This document shows positions 55,325 through 64,000 of a DNA stretch of 64,000 nt, piece by piece. The translations under genes and the position numbers were made by a program. The stretch lies in the NCBI GenBank assembly GCA_964016885.1, contig OZ024740.1, forward strand, positions 307,210,001 through 307,274,000. The letters are read 5' to 3'. Positions within the stretch are counted from its first letter, which is position 1. The number at the start of each line of letters is the position of its first letter. The notes beneath the pieces are model-generated. The model ran no database searches. It had not been told where the DNA came from and was given only the letters and a program-made list of their open reading frames with translations. Source of the DNA: Eledone cirrhosa (taxonomy: Eukaryota).

Positions 55325-57454
55325 ATGCAGAAACAACATCTGAATATTTCTACAAAGAACATACCCGTACCAAACAGGTAAACATACCTAAAACTCCTGA
55401 TACAGAAAACAGACGCGTTCATTAAAAGGTTGCGTTGGCGGGCCTTTTACTTCGATAATCCGCGAAAAGCAGACAACAAACAGGATAAATTTGGATTTAA
55501 AACCTATAATATCCCCCCGTGTAACCCAGCATTGCTACCCTTCGAAAATGATGTCTTGGAACTCATTCGGAGTATCAAATTTCGGAATAGGAGCAATTCC
55601 TTCCAGCTAGACCTGAAGAATAGAATTCGTTCTATTAAGGATTCTAATGCCGTGCACGTCCATTCCGACAAACCTGGCAACCTATATCAAGTGGAGCGCA
55701 GTACTTACCATCAACTACTACATAATACTGTAACTAAGGATTACCGTAAAACTAATCGGTGCGTCATCAATGAAATCAACGATGCTGGGTTTAAAATCAC
55801 ATCTGATCTCAACATCCTGGACCGGACCGAACCTCTGGACCCTATTTCTCCCCACTTTACCCTGAAGGATCACAAATCCAATTTTCCGAACAACCCCTCT
55901 ATTCGGCTTATTAACCCTACGAAGTCCGATTTAGGTAGACTTAGTAAGACGATTCTTGATAGAATTATACCTGAAATTAGAAGTTTGGCTCCTCTTGCAC
56001 TGTGGAACAATTCCTTCGCGGTGATTGATTGGTTCAACGGCATACGTAACAAGGAACATTGCCGTTTTATCCAATTCGACATCAACAATTACTACTCCTC
56101 CATCACTTTACCACTTCTCCTTAGAGCTATCAATTTCGCTAAAACACTCACAGTGGTTAAGGATTTCGAAGTTGATGTCATCCTCAATGCCCGTAAGTCG
56201 GTGATTAATTTCGACGACTCTATTTGGATTAAAAAATCCAATAGTACCCCATTCGACGTGAGTATGGGCGCCAGTGATTCTGCGGAGGTTACTGATCTTA
56301 TCGGCCTTTTCCTTCTTTTCTCTATCAAGGACGAATTCTCCAACGCGGGCGGTGGTTTGTACCGTGACGATGGTCTTTTGACCATGACTAAGTGCGGACC
56401 TCGTGCTTGCGACAGGTTCAGAAAAGAACTCACAGCCTTCTTTAAAGGCTTCAACCTTTCTATACAGGTTGAGGCTAATCTCTCGGTCGTTAATTACCTC
56501 GACGTTACCCTCAACCTATTGAATGGGTTGTATTACCCGTATAGAAAGCCGAATGATACGCTTAATTACATAAGTAAGCATTCCAACCATCCTGCCAGCA
56601 TAACCAAGAACCTGGTAAGAAACGTTTCGTTGAGGCTTTCCCGTCTTTCCACCAACGAGCGTATTTTCAACGACCATTCCACTTATTACAATGAAGCTCT
56701 TGCTCGAAGTGGATTTGTCGATAAGGTAGCATATACAGGGTACGAAAATAGACCTAGAAGAAATAGATCCCGTCGCATTTGTTGGTATAACCCACCATAT
56801 AATATGGAGGTGGCCACACCATTAGCTAAGATCTTTCTTTCCCTTATTACGAAGCATTTTCCCCCTACACATAAATATAGTAAAATTTTTAATAGAAATA
56901 CTATTAAAATTTCTTACTCTACGACTCCTAACCTTGCACATAACATCACAGCTTCAAATTTAGCTAAACTACCTAGCCGTAGGAACACGTGCAACCCTGT
57001 AGTTAGTACTAACTGTAATTGTAGGAATCGGGTTGATTGCCCCCTATCCGGTAAATGCCTCTCTAGTAACATTGTCTACAAATGTAAGGTTGTAACATCC
57101 ACGTCCCGTAGGGCCTACATAGGGTTAACCGCCAATAGATTCAAGCAGCGTCTTTACATGCATACCCATTCTTTTCGTTACCCTCTAAGAAGGAATATGA
57201 CGTCACTTTCAGCTTATATCTGGAGTCTAAAAGACAACCACACCCAATATAAGTTACACTGGGAGATCCTAGCGAGGGCTAGATCGTATAATGGAAATAA
57301 AAGACCATGTGACCTCTGCGCCGCTGAGGCCCTGGAAATACTCTACGCCACAGACCACATCTTAAACAAAAAATCTGAGGCAATTTCGGCTTGTAAACAT
57401 AAATTGCACAAAACTTTCCTGTATTACAGCCCCACGTTATACCCTAACGGATAG
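55325..57454 (+). CDS. PLE reverse transcriptase / GIY-YIG endonuclease polyprotein (Naiad-like), one premature stop
   Basis: ATG at 55325 (MQKQHLNISTKNIP), in-frame TAA at 55379-55381, then open. Motifs FDINNYYSSI, FDVSMGASDSAE, GLYRDDGL, WYNPPY, CNC..CPL.GKC, IVY..YIG..FKQR, CDLC..E..CKH. Confidence 0.9.
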
Positions 57455-58386
57455 TACGATCTATACGTGGATATTTTACGTCTCGATGTGGGAGCTAAGT
57501 ATATGTTTTGTTTATACCTTTACTTATTTGCATAGGTAAGTATATATTATCCGTATGTTTTGTGAAGCTACGTATACCTTCTCGTACGTATATTTGATTG
57601 TTATGGCGTATAATTTTTTTATATATTCTGGTACATATGGTTCGACTAAGTGTATACGGGAGTTTTGCGTCTGTGTGAGTATGCAGGTTCGTACGTATGT
57701 AGGGCGTGTGTATATGTGTACTTCATGTTTTGGTTGACTTACGTCTCCGAACATTCGTGTATTTACATGTAGGTATGTGTGTGCGCTTGTTATATACGTA
57801 TTTATTTATTTATATACGTTTATATAATTATTTATTTATTTGTATACACGCTTACACACACACACATATTTATATGTGCGTGGTTTTGTTTACCTATGGT
57901 AAGTTTTTGCGTATGCTTGTGTATGTACGTTTCTGTTTGCGTGTATGTATTTATTTATTTCTATTACTTCTGTATTGTATTTATTTACTTTGTTCTTAAC
58001 TCCGTAGCGGAGATTCATTCGGTCTCCTAGTTAGAATTTAGTCTACGACTTCTGCTATACCATTTACGTGGTTTTGTCTTTGCGTGCTATTGTTCTCCAC
58101 GCTCCACATATGACGTATTATCTTCGTTTTTTTCGTTCATCGCCAGAGAACGTCTCTATGCACCACCTAAGAGAACATTAGTCTACGACCTCTATTATAC
58201 TATAAACGTGGTTCTGTCTTTGCGCGTAATTGTTTTTCACCGCTCCTATTAATGACGTATTATATTCGTTTTTTCCCGTTCTTAGCCAGCGAACGTTTCC
58301 ACGAACCAAAGTATCGTCTTCCTGTCTTCCTCCGGTTGCAACGTTTTTTGAAATATCCAGTTCTGCGTTTACAGATTGACTTTGTT

Positions 58387-58437
58387 AGTTTCAGAAGATC
58401 CCGTTAAGGGTGAAAGCAGCGATTCTTTGCTTAAACT
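58387..58437 (+). ncRNA. Variant type I hammerhead in the PLE pseudo-LTR
   Basis: AGUUU-CAGAAGA-UCCC-GUUAA-GGGU-GAAA-GCA..UGC-UU-AAACU. Same core at about 54068-54118 (-) and 28625-28675 (-). Confidence 0.6.
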
Positions 58438-58544
58438 TTAATCTGTTATTTTAATAAATATTTGCTCTACGGTTCTTATATATTTGATATATATTTATCC
58501 TTATCGAGCCCTCTTTGGATTTTAGTCTTCAAATTTATTATTAT

Positions 58545-58606
<62 letters not shown>

Positions 58607-58614
<8 letters not shown>

Positions 58615-59065
58615 ATTAAGTCAAATATGTAAAATTTGGCTTCGTTTATTATAAATTAAAAATTACTGCTATATATATTTCGGTGACAGCCATCATTGGC
58701 TGTGATCTCTTCAGGCAGTCCGAATTGGTGTGGAAAAGACAGGTACACATGTTGTTGAAGTGTGAATAACAACACACCCAGGAGCTGGACATATCGATGT
58801 ATTGACGGAGTAAAACACACTTCAACAACATGTGTACCTGTCTTTTCCACACCAATTCGGACTGCCTGAAGAGGTCACAGCCAATGATGGCTGTCACCAA
58901 AATATATATGGCAGTAATTTTTCATTTATAATAAACGAAGCCAAATTTTACATATTTGACTTAATTATTTTACACTACTCCGGAGTAAACAAACCAACTT
59001 GCGTACTTTGCCGAGTGCTCCAATCTGCATACTGAGGTGTTGTTAATCAACCAACATATACTCAA
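58607..59065 (+). mobile_element. Palindromic HHR mini-element, same family as the 23950-27185 PLE 3' end
   Basis: Arms 58607-58764 and 58816-58972. Intact HHR on minus at 58665-58719, mutated mirror at 58861-58915. The tail matches 23950-24200. Confidence 0.8.
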
Positions 59066-59246
59066 TATATATATATATATATATATATATATTACAGTGT
59101 GTTTCTGCCCAACGGCAAGAGCTCAGAAGTGGGGTAGTTACTGCTTATAATACTTACACTCTACTTTCTTAAATATCGAGTACTAAGTTAAGCAATGGTC
59201 TAACAAGTCTAAACTGATAACTATATATATATATATATATATATAT

Positions 59247-59878
59247 ACGAAAGTCTTCTCAATGGATTTCCGCATGGATTATCCATTTATCTTGAGACTT
59301 GAAACCGTGCGGTAAGGGTAATTATACCAGGTACAGTGAACTTTTAAAAATTTATTTTAAAACTTTTTCTTATTTGCTAAACCTTGAATATATATGTTCT
59401 GGCTCGTTAATTTATTAACCTGCCATAGAACCACATTGGCATACGGTTGGATAATACATGTGTCCCTATATGCATTTTGCATGTAAGAAAACATACTTTA
59501 TTATTATTAATCTCCCCTGGTCGAGATAACATTTTGGTCGTTTTAACTGCTGCTATTTCTAGTGGAAGTACATTGACCTTTCCACCCCTGCCTTCTATCT
59601 TTACACACGGCACTAGACAAGATTGCTTCTTCATCATACACTCTCATCCGGGAACAGTTCTGTATGGCGCCAGTTCGTGATTTGAACTCGGGAATTTTAT
59701 ATTCTCCGAGTGAGAAGAACCCTCTGACGAAAGTCTTTTTCTCAATGGAATTTCCGCATGGATTATCCATTTATTTTGAGACTTGAAAGCGCGCGGTAAG
59801 GGTAATTATAGCAGGTAGAGTGAACTTTTAAAAATTTATTTTAAAACTTTTTCTTATTTGCTAAACCTTGATTATATA
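59247..59878 (+). mobile_element. Non-coding ~480-bp HHR-containing unit in partial tandem (retrozyme-like)
   Basis: 59247-59395 repeats at 59727-59880. Complete HHR at 59719-59803. TA repeats at both ends. Confidence 0.7.
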
Positions 59879-60456
59879 TATATGAAAAACATGGGGAGAA
59901 GAATACTGCATGGTTGCACATGGATTACATATTATAAAATTAGTCCCTCATCAGTGATTTGCCAACGATCATTGGTATTTCATCGCATTAAAAATCATAT
60001 ACCTCAGGTTGGTGCGAGCAATAACGAATATAAGCTATTGGGACAAGTGAAACGCGTAAAACGAGTGAGACAAGTAAACAACATAGAAGGAAAAGCTAAC
60101 CGAAGATGGGAAGAAAAACAAGCAACATGGTTATTCGATCAGCATAAACTGGGTGAATTTCATGAGCGCTCAGCAAACAGACCTTTCGCTGTGAGTGGGA
60201 TGTGAGAAAGAAAGAATACGACACCTAGCGAACGGGGGGAAGTGAGAAGGGGAGAAACAGAGAGTGAGTGAGTGGAAGTGCGACGAAGAGGTCAGTCGAG
60301 AGAAAGTGTTAACTGACAGAGGGGACGAAAGAAGGTAAGAGAAACAGAGAGAACGGGGGAGTAGTAAGAGAGAAAGAGAGAAACAGATAATCGCAGTTTA
60401 GGTAAATATATGAAAAACATGGGGAGAAGAATACTGCATGGTTGCACATGGATTAC

Positions 60457-61044
<588 letters not shown>

Positions 61045-61520
61045 TGCAGTTCCGAAATAATCTCCCAATACCTTGACACCCTCCTCGCCCATCTAGTAAC
61101 CGACCTCCCCTCCCACAGTCATGACACTAATCATACTCTTCAACTGTTTAACTCTTTTGCCTTCGCTTCTGGCTCCTTTCGCGTTTTCTTACCCTGGAAA
61201 TAAACTCTCTTTACACCATCATCCCTCACGATGACGACCTCCACGCTCTCCGACACATTTTAGACTATCGCCCTACACCCTGCCCTAGCACTTCTACTCT
61301 TCCGCTTCGCTGAGCTGGTTTTTCCTTTTCCGAGGAGTTTTATCAATAGGTCTCTAGGTCAGCCATGGATACCAGAATGGGTTCTAACTACGCCAACTTG
61401 TTCGTTGGCTACTAGGTACAATCGTCGATGTAACGACCGTATAGCTCAGGAGTCGTTATATCAACGATTGCATCGGCGCCAGCTCTCTCTCTTTCTCTCG
61501 TGAATAGCTCGACTCCTTTT
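61045..61520 (+). pseudogene. Degenerate PLE RT fragment (Neptune-like)
   Basis: SLYTIIPHDD.L.AL, AM.TRMG.NYANLFVGY, RYI.DCIG. Confidence 0.6.
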
Positions 61521-61674
61521 TTATAGACCTTTTTTCTCCTCTATTTTAAAATATTTCTTCTTTAATTTCTTATTCTATTTTCTGTCCTAAACGTCCTACT
61601 ATATCAAGCGTAAAACTAATATATTTTCTCATTGCACTGTGTTATTTCTGTTTGCTTTGTGCATATATATATAT

Positions 61675-64000
61675 ATCAATGATATTAATAAATGGAAACT
61701 ATATTTATAAAACCATATTTATTCTATTATATATATTTCAAGGATACTAAAACTTTGGTACGCTCTCATCAAATAAAATACAAAGTTTATTTTATAAATA
61801 TTGACATATCCAGGAATGAGACCTTAACGGTTCAAGTTTTACCTGGATAGTAAAAGGAAAAAAGGGGAAGTGAGGAAAAAAACAAATATTTCAAATTATT
61901 TAGATGAATATGCAAATGACGTAGGGCGGAAAAAAACGTTATTTTTAGACGCTATGTAGATTTAAATAATTATTAGGATATATATATATATATATATATA
62001 TATAGGAAGAAGAAAGAGAAAGAAAGAAAAGCTTGTATTTATATTACTACAATGTACGTGAATTAAAAAAGATTGAAACGTTAAGAATTAAAAGTTTGTT
62101 GGAGTGGTGGAATATGATTCCAGAATTTTAAAAATATTTAGCTAAATTATGAGTTATAATATTATATATATAATCAATTAGATTATATGAAGAATTATGG
62201 TTGTAAGTACATTTTATCTTATTATATTACAGCAGGTTGTAATTATATAAATATCTATATAGATTAATAAGTGTATAAATATAAATATTATTGGTGATTA
62301 TATAGATATAAAACACACGTATTAATTTGTTTACATTTCTGATATGAGTTACGAAGGATGTTGATTTTACATTTTAAACATATATTTAAGAAAAAGACGT
62401 AGTTCAAATTATAAGAGAAGAACAATTTGTAGATTCAAATATTTTCATCAAACATTGAAAATATTTACAAAACATTATTAATTTAGGGAAATTACATATA
62501 ATTTATCATACAAGTTATTATGTCTATGTTTGCTCAATTGTAAAGGAAAAGATAACTCCAATATTATTTGTTAAACTATTAATATTAGATTTGATGAATA
62601 ATTTTCTTAGAAAATGCGGAAAGAATGTAGAGAAAATTATATATTATTTTGTGTGAGATTATAAGGTATTTTATATTACATGTTTTCAAGGATGAGAATT
62701 TCAATTATATATGTATTATCTACGTCGAAAGATGTGTGAAAAGGTTGAAGATTAAAGAGAGGAAAAATGTATTATCAGATAAGTCAAGAGTGAATTTAGA
62801 ATAACTATTGTAAAGAGGATATCTTTCAAAGTATCAATCTAAAAAAATATATAAATCTAAAAAATAGATTAAGAAGAGTATCATTAGGAAAAGAATATCA
62901 ATTGGTAAAAATACTAAAGAAGAAAAAGATTATTTAAAAAGTAAAAAAAAAAACCTCACTAAACAACAGAATCATTTTAAAGATGTATAAGATGTAGTCA
63001 AGTGTAATGAATATTATAGATTAAAAATACTTCGGAAAGTGGATTTTTGGCGATGTCTGCAAGAACTGAATAATTCGCTTTTTAGATTAATAAAATTTTG
63101 ACAGTCAATTATATAAAAAATTTCCTCGATACACAAATGACAGATTCTTGAGAAAGCCATATTTCGGTATGCAGGTGCTTTCGAAATCGTTCCCCAAGAT
63201 ATTGTATAGTCTATATTATTGTCCTTTAAATTCAAAATTAGATATGAAGATGAAGTGGAAGATTTTTTATCGGACCTATTAAATGTATGTTTGTGGTTAT
63301 ACCAGCGTTCTTTGAATTTTGTAGAAGTGGCACCTATATAGTTAAATATTTTGTCTCTAGTTTTTACTGTGCATTTATAAATTAAGTTTTTGTCTAAGCA
63401 ATTGTTTTGTAAAGGGCAGTTTGATTCTACAGTTACATTTTCGGGAGTTGTTGTTAGTAGAAACGGTACTATTAGTATGAATATTGTTATTAGAAATATT
63501 ATTATTGTTATCTTGGTTTGTTTGGTTAGGGTTTAAATTTAAGTTTCTATTATTAATTCTATTTATATTTTGTGCTATGTTCATAGTAGTAGAGTAAGAT
63601 AGTTTTATAATGTGTCTGTTAAAAATAGAGTGGTAGCTGTGGGCTTTAGGAAAACACTTATCCAGTGCTTTGAAAAATAGTTTTGCTACAGGTGTTTTAA
63701 CACCTAATGAGAATGGGGGAGAGTACCAAATAATATTTCTAGTTCTAGATTTTTTGTTTGGTTTCCTATTTAAGTTGAATTGCTTATTATTATTATAATA
63801 AATTTTATGATGGTTTATCATGTTATTGTTGTCTAAGTATTTAATTTTATTCGTGTATCCTGCTCTATGTAAAGCCTCATTGTAATATTCTGCCTTATTA
63901 TCAAAAATATTTTTATTAGCGGAGATGCGTGAAAATTCTTTGCTGGACACTATTGACAATAGTATTTTTTATATTTCTAGGATGATTAGAATTGAAACTT
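61675..64000 (-). mobile_element. Naiad-like PLE 3' half (runs off the window) with AT-rich 3' region and HHR
   Basis: WYSPPFS, KLSYST, CNCR, YIG..FKERW, CHLCIEE..SCRH; frameshifts present. HHR-like UUGAUGA..GAAA-UAUAUA-UA at 61720-61780. Confidence 0.85.

Larger units (their letters stand above)
54044..58549 (+). mobile_element. Near-complete Penelope-like element with inverted upstream pseudo-LTR, inserted in (TA)n
   Basis: 54044-55205 is the reverse complement of 57331-58461; 55205-55282 repeats directly at 58472-58549; (TA)n on both flanks. Confidence 0.9.

Noticed and set aside
55325-57454. Selenocysteine recoding, as reported for some Naiad PLEs
   Set aside because: The ORF has no in-frame TGA; its only internal stop is TAA at a non-Cys position. 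The Cys motifs checked in the other two PLEs also use TGY.

Overview
Eukaryotic, AT-rich, microsatellite-saturated DNA. The SINE family and repeat landscape resemble a coleoid cephalopod (octopus) genome; this is an inference. Nearly all interpretable sequence is transposable element: R4/Dong-like and CRE-like REL-endonuclease LINEs, Tx1/L1-like and RTE LINE fragments, several Penelope-like elements (PLEs; one near-intact, RT + GIY-YIG, Naiad-like), Helitrons, two hAT-type shells with 8-bp TSDs, MITEs and many tRNA-derived SINEs. Only one plausible host gene is visible: a single-exon 150-aa His/Cys-rich ORF at 49347-49799 (-). Three patterns stand out. (1) About a dozen type I hammerhead ribozyme (HHR) motifs, read and folded by eye, several inside small near-perfect palindromes or a ~480-bp non-coding repeat unit, almost all in (TA)n tracts. 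(2) Apparent partitioning of microsatellite targets between retroelement clades: R4-like in (CATA)n, Tx1-like in (GATA)n, PLE/HHR elements in (TA)n, and an RTE-derived short element in and with (TGTA)n. (3) Deep nesting of these elements. Coordinates were counted by hand and may be off by a few bases. Clade calls come from protein motifs, not database searches.
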